Positions 40,301 through 60,996 of a DNA stretch of 64,000 nucleotides are shown piece after piece. Source of the DNA: Auanema rhodensis (Eukaryota; Animalia; Nematoda); NCBI GenBank assembly GCA_964057225.1, contig OZ059899.1, positions 12,214,001-12,278,000 on the forward strand. Reading direction: 5' to 3'. The position numbers and the translations under genes are program-made. Under the pieces are notes generated by a model. It had not been told where the DNA came from. It saw only the letters and a program-made list of their open reading frames with translations, and ran no database searches. Position 1 is the stretch's first letter. Every line of letters begins with the position of its first letter.

Positions 40301-43300
40301 TTCCAACTTTTCGTGAGAGAATTCCATACTGGGGTGGCTCTTTGATATGATAAACTAACTTATCAGCCGAAAAACTTTTTGGAAATGTCCAAGCAAAGAG
40401 ATGAGCTCGTGACAGATGTCCTATTTCAGTCCCATTAAGCATAAAGATTTCCCGGTTAAAGATCTGAAAACGACTCCTTCACATAAAGCATTATGAATAG
40501 ATGAAGTACCTTAACATTCATTGGTACAAATGTTATACGAAAGTTATGAATCATTGATACATGCTCACCAGACTCAACCTATAATTAGCAAAATAAATAT
40601 TTAATTTACCTAAGAAATACCTGAAAACTGAAAGTATCATGAGTTGGATTGTGATTGCTTGTATGTCTGAATCGTACAAGTCCTTGATCAATCTTAAAAT
40701 GAAATGGTTTATACTGATTTTGTCTAAAATTGATTTCAACCTGATTCTGACTAAAGCGGCTACAAACAGAAAAATGTCCTTCTTCTGGTGAACATTCGAG
40801 TAATCCGTGATCAGGTAGATCCACCAATGAGTAATAAATGGTTAAATCAGGCACAGAGACAGAGAAGGAAAGATTTCTAACATAAGAATCAGCGTATTAT
40901 CAAACGGTTACTAAACTCACTGATTGCTAATTACAGCAGATGAATGATGAAGCAACCAAATTCCCGTGTTACTTTTCAATCGAACTTCTATTGGAGTTGA
41001 TATAGTATGTAAAGCCAAAACCTTAAATTGACGAGATGAAATAAACAAAATTAAAAATAACTCAATTCATCTACAGTATATTTCATTAAAATAGCTGACC
41101 TGAGATCTGGAATCCCCATCTCTTGCTACTAGACGAAGTAAACCCTTTTCATATATACCTTCATCAACAAGTTGAACCTGTGAAAAATCATTTGTCCAGT
41201 GCTCTCACACGATGAATTATACCTGTCGATTGATTAATTGTCTTTGAGAAAATTCAGTGACCGTTTGATCATTGATAGCTAAATGGACTCCTCGTACTTC
41301 AACAACTTGCACACGAACCTATACAACTTATTACATAAAGTAAAAGAAATGATTCTAACCGTGTCTGGTCCATCATCCTGATCTGATAATAGAACTTGAT
41401 CAGTGGTCAGAAAACGTCTTAAAAGAGTCATAATAAATGCAGAAATATTAAATCACGACATACGTTCCTTTTGCTGATATTTTGATAACCTGAGCTCCAG
41501 ACGCTTCGATTAGAGACGGTGGATCATTAACGGAATTGATTCGAATTTTCAATGTGTATGAAGTCGTTTCAAGCCAAGGGAAATTAGCTGTTTTACTGTT
41601 TATTTCTAGCTGAAGATTAAAAAAAATATAAATAATTTCAATCTAATTCAATCCAATTTCAGAAATATTTCATCTGCTATCAAAAAATAACATATGTATT
41701 TAAAATCTTTCTGGATTCTGTTCTTAATTTTTTAACAATATGAAGAGGCTAGCTGAAAGATGACTCTCAGCTGATATCTCTACTTCATTCACTAGGGATC
41801 CGATTACTTAATGAATTGAGCCCAACCATAAATTCGTTATTGTTAAATATTTAAACTTTCACCCGCACTCCTCTTGCCCCCTCAAAACAACAAGGTTGAG
41901 CATATGAAAGAGTAATTTGAGAAGAATATCTATCTAACTTTACGTCAAATTTTTCCTTTAACAAAAAATAAGATTTATAAACGAACACCTGGGTAGTAAT
42001 ACCTGGTGGTTTGCAAACAAACTCAATGATCTTGCTATGACATCACAATTAAATAAATCAGTTAAATGCCAGAGGTAGGAGAGATATTGATTTATTACCT
42101 CGATCAGGACATTTGTTTATAATCTGTTCAATCTAACGAACAATTTATAATATCCCATTAAATGCTTACTTCTCTAATAAATAAAATGCTCTGGCAATCA
42201 TTCTTATCACTTCTAATCTGCTGCGGTTTTTAAACCAGTTGAGGAGAGAAGAGCAGAGAGAAAACTAAGAAAATTGTAGTGAAAACGTACTTGAAACTCA
42301 AAAGCATCATGTGTAGTTTCACTATCATCATGCTTATATATAACTGCTCTAGCTAATATATGTGCATAAGTGAAACTGCTAACTGGTTGACCATCCAATA
42401 ACAATTGACCATGTTGAGGTCCTTCCACAATCTATAAAATCCTTATCAATATAATGCAATTATTGAGTATACTAACGTTAAATATGATGTCAGTGTTTGA
42501 TAAATTCAATCGAGAATGTTCAGGCAGTACATACACATTTTTCCATTGCAATGGCATTGAAGCACCTTCATTTACCTACAATATACTTGTAGTTTTTATT
42601 CTCAAACACTTTAGTTACTTCCAGAGGTTCTGCAACATAAACTGGCTGTAAAACACCTGGAGATGTTGTTGATGGACTTTCTTCTTTCCCATTTCTGCAA
42701 TCATAAAGCTATGCTTTCGTTAGTATTTCAAAGACCTTTCATTTATCGCTTAAGTTTATCAATTAATTAAGATTATGCGATACTTCATTAGCGCAATATT
42801 CATTCAATACTCTGTAATCCATCATTATGGGAGAATCATCACAACGTAGATAACCAAAATCAGCTTTAGTCCAGCTGATTAGATGAACATTGAGAGGGAA
42901 ACATAGTGATACAATGGATTTCTCATATATTCATATGTTATTCACTTCTAAAGACTAGTAGAAGTTGAGAGACCGCAGACAGCTGGTCAGCACCAAATTC
43001 CGTGCTTACGGATCCCTCACGTCCATCCATCCGAGCAAGGCTGGTCGGAGGAAGTTTTGTCTTCAAAGCCGTGTTGTAATTTATATCCGTCAACTAACTC
43101 TATCAGTATCTTCTTCTCTAGTGTGTCACCAAGTCATCCAACTTCAGATATATGCTAGAACTGAGCATAAGCAAAACCAGTGGTGACTTGTGACACTTGT
43201 TCTAATCCCTACTCTTTTTCAATTGAGCTGAAGAATTTATTGAATGATTTAGTATTCAAATTTAGTGACTCCGACTATCAAAAAATAAGCGAAAAATGAA

Positions 43301-45082
43301 TTTATAATTAGAAACAAATGCTTATGCTACTAGTTCATTACTACTATCTTCGTAACCTCTTCGAACTGAAGCATCTGGTAAAATCTTCGGAAGTTGAAAG
43401 TATATACCAAAGGCTATTGCAGATAAAAGCGGTAACAGATTTAGGGTGAACTCGTTGCTTTTTATTGGCGATTGAGCCGATATAATTCTAAAAACGAGCC
43501 CATATTGTGATGTCCTAATGAGATGCAGGTGTGGATAAATTTAACATTGAAAGAGTTTCCCTGTTTTATGAACAGTCGAGATTAACAGTTATCGTAATAC
43601 GGTAAAAATCAACCAAGGTTCATCATGCCGATTGATTTTCAGTTAACAATCAAAATCTACTTCCCAAACATTATACTCCCACACTGACATGAAATTTGAA
43701 ACAAAAAAATTTAAAGATACTTCCGTTCGAAGCTCATTTGTCTTTCTGCCTTCAACATATTTCAAACTGTCTCATATAGAACAGGGAGGGAAGAGGTACA
43801 ATGCCACCTGATTCAGCTATAATCCATCTTTTGATCAGCACAACATGTCTCTATGTTCAACTATCCTAACTACACTGAAATCCCTGCTACCAACCACTCA
43901 ATCTATCTCCCAGTTGACCGTTCTTACATCATTCAATTGCCTGCTCAACAAGCTGAATGGCCTTCTTGCGAAAACCTGGAGCAATGATGATGAGCTCGTG
44001 TCGTAATTCATCCTTGTCATCATTTCGTGATAACTGACCCTCTGTTCATTATGCGGTGTTTCGATTATCAGTGTAACAAATTTAAGTATTCATAATCAAA
44101 GTTTTCCAAATTATATTTCTAATTAAGCTAAATCTCTTGATAAATCTGTTTGTTGCAACTTATTGAGCTTTAAACGCAATATGTTGAATGCTTAAGAAAA
44201 TAAGAAATAAAGGGAGATTATGGAAACTTAATGAAGCATAAAAACTAGATATAAATTAGCTTGGATCAATAGGTTTGTATAAAAAAGGTTAAACAAACCC
44301 GCAGAGACGACTAGCCAGTATTCTATCACCTTGATATAGATTACTGATACATCCGTACAATGTTGATTCATCAATTTGTAATCCTAAATTAAAGAACAGT
44401 ATTTGAATGATATTATATTATTAATATTTGATTTAGTAATATGTTCGTGTTGATGTTTAGTTTGTGTCCGAATTGGTAAACTATTGCATCTGAGTGGGAC
44501 AATAATTGATCGTTTTTCATGCAAAGAAATAATCCTTATGTTCTCGAAACGTAAACTTAACAAGTATAAAACGTTCATGAGCATTAGGACAATGTTATAA
44601 TTAGAGAAAACATAACAAAAAGAAGGAAAAGTAAGAAAAAAGAATAAAAAATAATGTAACAAACCTGTTGATTTAGCACATATTGAAGGTGAATGAAGTA
44701 AAGTATTAGTTTCCGAAGTAGAAAAGTGAAGGGAAGCATCTGATAAGCATTCAATAGAGAAGGAGACTCGACTATTAACCTAAGTAAGGTAAAGTTAAAA
44801 GATGTATAAACGAAAATGTTATTGTTTACATCAATCGGAGCAATTCGCACATTGTCTGCGAATAATATATGTCCTTGGACACCAAGTGATATATTTCTTT
44901 CAGGAGATAATAATGTAAAAACGGTTCCCTATCATGAAGATTAAGATGAAAGATAACTCAAAAAGCAAAAAATACCTTAAGATTTGTTAACTGAATATCT
45001 AGTGTTATAGAAGAAATAATAAGCGGTACAGCAAATGGAAAAACCGCCATCCGCCATAGATAGAAGCGGCAACTCGGAGATA
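34344..45082 (-). CDS. CSPG4/NG2 (kon-tiki/perdido)-like chondroitin sulfate proteoglycan; 5'-most (signal peptide) exon not resolved
   Basis: Degenerate LamG-like exons 45082-44298 ('YGCISNLYQGDR..C') splice in phase 2 to the exon at ~42698. Many CSPG/cadherin-like repeats ('GPQHGQL...FT...I....VIYKHDDSETTHDAFEF', 'FTQEDIDEGRVLY'). TM 'IPVVVLIAIMLTTVLLVICL'; C-terminal QYWV* PDZ-binding motif as in CSPG4. Confidence 0.9.
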
Positions 45083-47493
45083 CTGAAAAGCTAAAATGTA
45101 TTGAAGTCAAATTGTAATAAAGCTTTCAAGTTCTTTTTACAATAACTATGAAAAACGCTAGAAAGGGTCACTATTATTATAGCTAAAAAGTCAAGGAAAC
45201 GAAAGAGAAAAGCAATGCTCTTTATTTTTTGCTTAAAATGACGCTAAATAGGCTGAGGATAGGGTTAGAAAACATTTAGAATATGAATATAAGTATACAT
45301 TTGGGAAGTCAATGATTCATCTGGAACAAATGATTTCAATACTGGGTATTCCATCATCTATTAGCTCGTTAAGATTTTTTTGACTTCTTCAGTTGTCATT
45401 ATTTGAACACATATGAAGGGTAATACTTAGATCTGAGCTACGACACCGAGATTACACTTAAAAGGAAAGTGACTGAATAAAAACTCAAGAAAAGTAGTCA
45501 ATAGACTAAAACTGATACATTTTAGCTAAATTAGGACTTTTATCTTTTTTAGTTATGAATTAGATAAATTGAAAAGGAGAAGTAAACGAAGGAAAGGGCG
45601 TAGCTGATGGTCCTGCCCCCATCCAAAGAGCAAATGAGCAGCCAATGAAGAGTTGTATTGAATGTAGACAAACGGCCAGCTGACTCTTCATCTTGTTCAA
45701 AACAGAAAAATTGCAAAGTTTAATTAGAGAAAAATATTATGAAAATATGATATAATAGACATTTTCCGGAATATTAGCAGTGGTAAGTAAATCTGCAGCA
45801 CGGCCTTGATTGAATGGACAAAAACAAAAATCTTCTAATCATTTTGAAGCTTACTTCGTATTCTTCCTTATTTCTCTCGCCGAATCCAGCTTGCAGCTAC
45901 TGATAGTATTTTCTTTCAAAAAAAAACTATTCTTATTTATTTCCATTCTACATTGATCTTTTTTGAATATTGATCCACGGTTTTCTCTCGATCTCCCGCT
46001 CCTCTTTTCTCTTTGTTCTCGTTTATATCGAGGATCATTTTATGAAATACAAAATGATTATTTCATAAGATATTTATTAACGTACGCTCTTCTCTCCTTA
46101 GATTTTGCATGATGATGGACAATTGGTATGTCGGAGAACTCGAGGTCTGCAGGTTAGAATTATGGCCATCTCCTGGTTCACGATCTAGGCTACTTTTCCT
46201 ATTATTAGAACAACCAAAAACTTATTATAATGAACTATAATAATTAGTCTACAGTTCGAAAACCTGTTTATTTTAAGAGCATATATTACTATTGATTGTT
46301 GAAATTTTAAATTTTGCCGATCTATGTATGTATATGTACATACATGAATACTCGACATACATATTACTTCTTTCTTTTTTTCATAATTATTACTTGATTA
46401 ATTCAATATCTATAATATATGCAAGTATATTAACATTCTTAACATAAAAGCACAAATACTTCATATACAATATCGGCATGTGACATATCGATAAAAGCAA
46501 AAATAAATGTTTTTTAGCTATTATATCCCTATTCAAACTAGAAATTGAAAAAGATACAGCTATTACAGTTGAGTTTGATTTTAAAAATAATATTTACGTA
46601 AATATGACGTGCATATACAATTTTCCCTTTTATATATTATTTCTTTTTGCGATATTGTTAGAAGCGGTCGCATTTCGTTTCACAGGTACTCGATCCTATT
46701 TTTATCTATGGAAATATCTATTCCTTTTCTTTGTATTGATTCATACTGGGTCAAATAAAAGCATTATAAAATCTTTTCTTGTTTCTAAGCAAGCTTTTGG
46801 AACAAGATTCACTTAAAAACAACATATTCCCTTGTTGAAGATAATCAGCCATATAGTGAAACTTGTTCGAGAAGTTACAAAATACTATTCTGCTTCAGTT
46901 TTTTCCTTTTTTTTTAACAAACAAAACTATGTTTTTTTCTCTATTTTTTTCTCGTTGCATCAACTCTAAATATCTTTATTCTATTGACTCAAGCGCAGCA
47001 AAGGCTCATATGAGCATATCGACAAGTCGTATTACTGACGGCCCATGGCGACCAAATTTAGGATTTCAACTGAAATGAAATTTGAATTTGCGTTTGAATT
47101 TTTGTCTGAACTAAGGTAAATTCTTTTTTTTTACTCTGTGAATTTATTTGAATGTAATACTTCATTATTCGAGCTATATATATATTTAAATGTAACTTAT
47201 GAGGAACTGGTTTTTTTGCGTACCTGAGACAAATCACCAACTTGCTTAATTACGTACGCATTGATATGCTGCATTTTAGGTTATGTAATTTTTAAAAAAA
47301 TAATTTTCGTTTTTAAATTAATCTGAAATGTGTAAATATTAAGCAGTTTTTACAAACCGATAATTATCTTATAAAGTTTTATATCTTTTAGTTACGAATG
47401 TTTGACCGATTTTCTTGAAACTTTGATCACGTGAAACTTTTATGCTAAATCGTCTTTTCCGTTGTAGAGAAATTTCATTTTTTCAGGTAAAAA

Positions 47494-50400
47494 ATGGTTA
47501 AAAGAAAGAATATAGGAAAACAGAGCGATAAGCTCAAAATGGGTAGAAATTATGGTCCTGTCAAAAACAGACATACGTTCAGAGGATCCGGGCACAGTAT
47601 GAATCCCGGTATGTTTATCATATTAAATGATAAATTAATAAATTAAAAAATTAAAAATATTTTAGACAGACCTAAAGATAGTAAAGATACTACTCAACGT
47701 TCTAAAGCTACCATCAACCGTTTGCGTATGTATAAGAGTTTCAAAGCTATCAGGTAATTTTTGTAATCAAAATCTATAACCAACGATTTTATTTCAGAGA
47801 CAAAAATGGTAAAATCCTTAAGGCTGCTCCTTTCCAAGGATGGTTGGCTGCCGGAACTCAAGCCAGAGTAGAACCCAATCGTAAATGGTTTGGTAAGTTT
47901 TGTGAAATTACTTTCTAAATAGCGATGTTCTTTGAAACTTATTCTATTGAATTTCAGGTAATACTAGAATAGTTGGTCAGGAACAACTACAAAAATTCCA
48001 AGAAAATTTGGGTAAAGTTATGAAGGATCCATTCCAGGTTTGTATTACATTCTTGCATAATATTAAGAAAAGTTATTTTTAGGTTGTTATGAAGCAAACG
48101 AAGCTGCCTATTAGCTTATTGCAAGAGAAGGCAAAGGTTTTTTAAAATTATTTTTTTAAAAATCAAACCCTGGGTGTTTAGCAACAACGTGTTCATATTA
48201 CTGAAACAGAATCTTTTGAATACACATTTGGTAAAAAAGCATTGAGGAAGAAGGCTAAGCTTAGTGTTGATAACTTAGAGGTATGACATTTAATTTTTAT
48301 TTCTATTCATTTGATTCTAATTGAAGGAGTTGGCTAAAACTGCTGACGATGCTTCTGAAGGTTATGATATAAACAAGGATAGAGCTTTGGAATCTGATGG
48401 GCGCGATCTTGATAGAACTGAAAATCCTAATCCTCTTTTCAAAGCCGGTCAAAGTAACAGAGTTTGGGGAGAGCTCTACAAAGTAAAATTGTTCTTCCTA
48501 GCATTCTAATTAGTTTTCGTCGTTTAGGTTATTGACTCTTCTGATGTAATCGTGCAAGTAGTTGATGCTCGTGATCCACAAGGAACTAGATGCCGTCATG
48601 TAGAAGAATTTTTGAAAAAAGAAAGACCTCACAAACATTTAATTACTGTCATCAACAAAGTAGATTTGGTCCCCACATGGGTCACGGTTCGTTTTAAATT
48701 TATTTGAATTTTATAAATTTAATCTTTTCAGAGAAAATGGATTGGTATAATATCTAAGGATATGCCAACTATTGCTTTCCATGCTTCTATCCAACATTCC
48801 TATGGAAAGGGAGCGCTTATTAATATTTTACGTCAATTTGCTAAACTACACAAAGAGAAACAACAGGTACACAAAAGATTCGTTTCTTTCTCTTTATTTG
48901 TTTTGCTTCATCTGAATTCCTGAAATCAGTTCTTTTGTTTACTTTTCTAAGTTCAACAATGAATTAGCATATATCGTGTGGCAAATTTTATATTCGCTTT
49001 TGAGTGTTTTCTCGAAGTTAATTGCGAAGCATGCTTATTTTTGGAGTGGATGACTCACTCCTTTAAATTGGTTTGTTCATCGAACAAAGATGCTTTCAAT
49101 TACTCTGGCATTCAAATTTGATGTTTGCCATTTCTTATCGATTGCCTAGTTTTTTTGCTTTGGTCTTGAGGATTAGTATCCCTTTTGTGGTTATTATTCT
49201 GTTTCTGCCTCCGTAGCGGCATTAACTTATATCCAGTATGAGTAAAAGTAATACTTGAATGGTTTTGGTACTCCTCGTTGCGACCTACTCTTTGTTATTA
49301 GTATTTTGAAAACGTGTTTTCAGCTGCACTGTTTTTTTCTTATAATCATATGATTAATTTGCAATTTAGATCAGTGTTGGCTTTATTGGATATCCTAATG
49401 TTGGAAAGTCTTCTCTTGTCAATACATTAAGAAAAAAGAAAGTGTGCAAAACTGCCCCAATTGCCGGAGAGACAAAAGTATTCAAATTTTTTTCTTCACA
49501 GTTATTTTTTTTACTTAGTATTGGCAATATGTGATGCTTATGAGAAAGATTTATATGATTGATTGCCCCGGAGTTGTCTATCCTCAGGGAGACACCGAAA
49601 CTCAGATTATTCTTAAAGGAGTTGTTCGTGTTGAAAATGTCAAAGATCCGGAAAATCATGTTCAAGGAGTTTTGGATAGGTTTGTCCAACTTTTTGACAC
49701 TTTAGTCTATAATTTTGTTTATAGAGTAAAAGTTGAGCATCTCAAGAAGACATATTCTATCGGTGATTGGACTGATCCCGAAGATTTTATGACAAAGATT
49801 GCTATGAAATCTGGTAGATTGTTGAAGGTATTTTATAGCATTTACGTACGTTTAATATCAATATTTACAGGGTGGAGAACCCGATATCACTTCTGTTGCC
49901 AAGCAAGTTTTGAATGACTTCCAAAGAGGTAAACTTCCATTCTTCGCTGTACCTCCTGGTTGTGAGGAAAGAGCCAAAACCGACTTTGAACAGGTGACTT
50001 GTGAACTCTTTTTTATTTTAAATTATGATTTAATTATAGGGTCCAATCAATGAACTCTGCGCTGATGATGATGAGCCAGTGTTTGAGACCGCAAGTGAGA
50101 AGGCTGATAGTGATCAGGAAGATATGAACGAGGACGGGAACGATGAGGAAAAGAATGAAGAAATGGATGAAGATGATGAACTAACCGATATTGGATCGAC
50201 CTGTTCAGGATTGACAGACTTATCTGGTGTATCTGATTTGGAAGAAGATTTGGAAGCTATGCATGATGACGATCTAGTAGCTATCGATGATGTTTGTTAT
50301 TAAATCATTTTTTGTGATGATTAGTTATTTTAGGATAAGAAGAATGCTCCCAGTGGTGGTGGCAGAAGAGGTGGTGGTAAGCGTGGTGGTAAAAAACATA

Positions 50401-50600
50401 AGAAGAGTAGAACAGAAGAGCCTACCATTGTGCATGCTGCAAAATCTGTACGCTCATTTATTAACAGTTTTTTGATTTTTTAATTCATGCTTTAGGATTC
50501 GAAATCAGGAGTTGTTGAATTCGCCAAAAAGAAAGAAGCCAATAAGAATACCACATGGCGTAGAAAGTTGGATAAAAAGAGAAAGGCTAAGCATCAGTAA
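47494..50600 (+). CDS. ngp-1: Nucleolar GTP-binding protein 2 (NOG2/GNL2)
   Basis: '[14 protein letters not shown]', '[19 protein letters not shown]', '[10 protein letters not shown]', '[19 protein letters not shown]', 'IDCPGVV'; acidic then basic tail; TAA at 50598-50600. Confidence 0.96.
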
Positions 50601-50909
50601 ACCAAAATCAGTATGAGTACTTGCTTGGTTCACTGTAATTTCTTGTTGAATTTTATGGTTTGTCTATTGGCGAATTGTTAATAATCATACTTTGTTACTT
50701 TATATTTGAGCCGTTTTTTCATTATTGTTGAAGCCTTCTATGTTAAATAGGCTTTAAAATTGGTTTTGTAGAACTGTTGTTGATATTCTTATGAAGCATA
50801 AGATTTATTTTCTTTTTAATTGGAAAAGTTAATACTTTCATATATTTTATATTATTAATATTTTTTCTTGATATTTAATCCATTTTAGGCCTAGAATAGT
50901 TTTCTCAAA

Positions 50910-51796
50910 ATGAGAAATGACGATGCATCCGCCGCTTGTGAAGGTACAATTTAAAAGTATCATCAAATATTTACTGACTTTTCCTAGATCTACGATTTTT
51001 TGAGCGACGATTGACCGAGGTAATATCGAATATGGGTCCTACGTGTACACGATGGAGAGGTAACTGTAAAAACAATCAGCATTAGTTCAAAATAGTTATC
51101 CTTGCAGTTGTATTGATAATTATATCGATGTCTTCGATTATGACGTCATACAGCTGGATCACTGATCCCACTTTACGAACGGTTTGTGTCCTTTTCGTCT
51201 TGCTTTTATTTGTATGGTCTTAGGTATCACTCTGGGAATCACTTCGAAATCATCCAGTTTTCACTATCAGTATGCCACTGCTGTTTATTCTTTTTTCCGT
51301 CTTTGGAATCCACAAAAGAGTTGTTGCACCCTCAATGTAAGTTTCCTCTTTGGATTTGCTTTGCCCCTTTCTCGATGTATGGTTTGTTTGTTTTTCGACA
51401 ATCCGCCGAGGTTGTGATTCACGTGTCTCTTACCTACTAGAGAAAATTCCCTATTCATATGAACAACTATCCCTACTTACTAACATTTGACATGTTCTGC
51501 CTGTTTTCACTTTCGTTTGTGAAGACACGCCGGACTTTGTTGTCGGACTAATTCGGACAATTCTCTCTGGTCATTTTATCATCTGCTACTTCCTATGTTG
51601 CCATCTATTGAAACGTCCTGTTTTATTTCTTACAATCTTCCCTTTTCAGAATTGCCGGTCGGTGTCGTGAAGCTTTGTCGTATTTCAGCTTAAGTTGTAA
51701 CGATGTCAGTTTTTAAATTATCTCAGGCATATCACTAATTACCTGTTTCAGAAAGGAAAATTGATTGTGCGACCAACTCGAGGGCCTTCTGCGTGA
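50910..51796 (+). CDS. spo-7: Nuclear envelope phosphatase regulatory subunit (CNEP1R1/TMEM188/Spo7 homologue), 6 exons
   Basis: [35 protein letters not shown]...[38 protein letters not shown]; the EDLxxFERRLTE and [12 protein letters not shown] motifs are diagnostic. Confidence 0.92.
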
Positions 51797-52428
51797 GATT
51801 TAAGGTTAAATTTGTTGTCTAATAGTTGTTCACTGAATCATGTAGCACCGATGTATTAGTACGTTTGATATTCTATGATCGTCATTATAATTGTAATATT
51901 CTACCTTTTAGTCTATAATATGTCCGGGTTTTTTAATGATTGATGGGTATTTTCCTACTGCTCCTGGAGGAATTGTATTTTTACGCTTTTCTGAATTTGT
52001 TTAATTAACTTTAAGTTCACAATTTGTCTTTGCCACTGTCTTACAATTAAATAAGCTTTACAACAGGCAGATGTTTCGTTTTTGAGCAGTTGTGATACTC
52101 TTAATGATACCTTATCAGCTATTCATGCGATTAATTGCCAAATTAATTTTTAGATCCATTGTATATTGCTTAAGTAATGAAATAGTGAAGGCTCGCGAGA
52201 AACGACTACCGATTGTTTAAGTGAGTTTCTATTCTTTTTGCCTTTTCACATAGAAATCGAAAAACTTTAACTGAGAGCTGATATAGCTGGGTTAATGGCA
52301 ATATATGTGACTCATGAAGTACAAATATTGCAATATTTTGTATTATGTGGGTGTATGATTGATTTTTTTTTGATTATCGGTTTTTCTTGATGTTACTCGA
52401 CTTTTAAGATTTTGTTCAGTCTTTCATT

Positions 52429-59078
<6,650 letters not shown>

Positions 59079-59455
59079 ATTGTATTAAAGATTTCTAGTT
59101 TTTCGCTTTAAAGAGTCAGATCTTTTTTTGTTTGTAGGATGTAAGTATGTTTGGGTTACTGCCACAGCCAATCGAATTGTTTGAGAACAAATCTGGGAAT
59201 TTAACATTTTGTACAGACAGCATTTTGTACGGTTTAGCAACTTTTTTCAGTGCTGGTGCATTATAAACCTAATTGTACTTAACCTAATGTAGATTTTTTT
59301 CATAAATCAGATTTTATACTTTCTTACCATGTTTTGAAAGCGTGATAGCATAATTTTAATGTATATGGGAATGTTTTTTCATCCAAATAAAGATTGTGAT
59401 ATGGAACAATAACTAGAGAACACTTTATCAGATGCTATAATTCTAGTAATACATA

Positions 59456-59819
59456 TTAACGAGAAGCAATTTCCTTTCCAGCTTCTTCGTATTTCTTAGC
59501 AAGCTCATCTGGGCAGGTGTGCATGTATCCTTTGTTGGCAGCACAGATCTCCTTCATACGAGTATAAGGATCATAGCTCCTACAATATCAAAACATAAAA
59601 AAACTATCAAAGAAAATTTGCTTACTTGAAGAATTGCTCGTAATTCTCGTGTCTTGGTTGGGTGTATCCGAAGAACCAGAGGAAGCTACCACCGACGGCA
59701 GCGAGGAAGGAAACGCCGATAGCCTTAAACATTTTATCACTACACATCTAGATTTAAGAAAAAGTTACCTTACGGCCATAAGAGTGGATCATACCACGCA
59801 TAGCAGCTGGAGGAGCCAT
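59456..59819 (-). CDS. cox-6C: Cytochrome c oxidase subunit 6C, 3 exons
   Basis: MAPPAAMRGMIHSYGRK|AIGVSFLAAVGGSFLWFFGYTQPRHENYEQFFK|SYDPYTRMKEICAANKGYMHTCPDELAKKYEEAGKEIASR*; MRG..., single TM, PR..Y..FF..YD motif. Confidence 0.88.
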
Positions 59820-60996
59820 TACTATAAAAATAAAATGATTAAGGATATATAAATAATAAAAGAATAGTATTTTACCGATAACAACAATAATTGAAAAAAT
59901 GATTATTATAACAAAAAAGAAATGCAAATAATATAATAATTTTTACATAATAAAAAAATCTGATAAATAAGACAAATTTCAACTTCAAAATATAGGCTAA
60001 AAATATATAATAATTCCAACATAAACTATTATAAATTAATATAAATATACTATAAGAAAGAGCAGAATTATTAAATAAAAATATCTTAATTGAGTAGACG
60101 GCAGCGGAAAAATATAACATTGGGGTACGCAACTAACCGCCCATACCCTGAATCACGGAAAAGGGAGGGACTTTTAAAATTTACTACGTATTCATTTTTG
60201 AATCCTCGTCAATGATAAGGACCTTTTTGAAACAGAAAATCATTTTTGGGAACACAAGTGTGGTATACCATTTCTGGTGTTTTGATACTAATCAAAACAA
60301 ACAAAAAAAAGAATTTATATAATGAAGGATCTGTTTGATATATAAAAGATAGAAAAAATCATAAAAATGTAGGCCTAAGACAAAAAGTTAAAAGTAATAA
60401 TATGAGTCATGTTTTTGATATATAATTTCAGAGAAAGAATCGAATTATACAATTGACGCGATTGATTTATATAAATGCTATATTAGAACAACTACGAGTT
60501 CTCAAATTTATTGTTTACTTGATATATAACGGAAGCGTTAACGTATACCCTAGTATGGAGGAGTATGTAAACATATATTTTAGCTATGATTATAATTGAT
60601 TTAGCAACTTTTGTTTTATTTTGCAAACTGCATATGTGTTCTTGAATAAATTAAGCAAATATTGAAATTGTTCAAGAATAAGTTAAATAATATAAAATTC
60701 AATTAAAAAATTAAAACTGGTATTTTGTTCCATGAATAGAAAATTTATTTTTTCACAGTTTTCGAGAAATATGTTGGATGTTATACAGTGTCACTGATTT
60801 TTTTTACTTCAAAATGTTCCTTTTGCGGAACGCAGTTCTACGTATTGGTGTATGTTTTTTATGAACACCATCTTTTTGCCACTTTTCACTTATTATTTTT
60901 GTAAATGCTTTCTTTTACTCTTTTTTTATCAAGATTTTTCAGTAAAAGATTATTTAAATAGCCTATAGAATATTGGATTTAGCGGCTAATTTGTAG

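Noticed and set aside
60095-60175. GC-rich block between cox-6C and rme-8 as an RNA gene
   Set aside because: No tRNA or snRNA signature; position fits a divergent promoter (it shares GGCARCGGAAMAATAT with ~7056).
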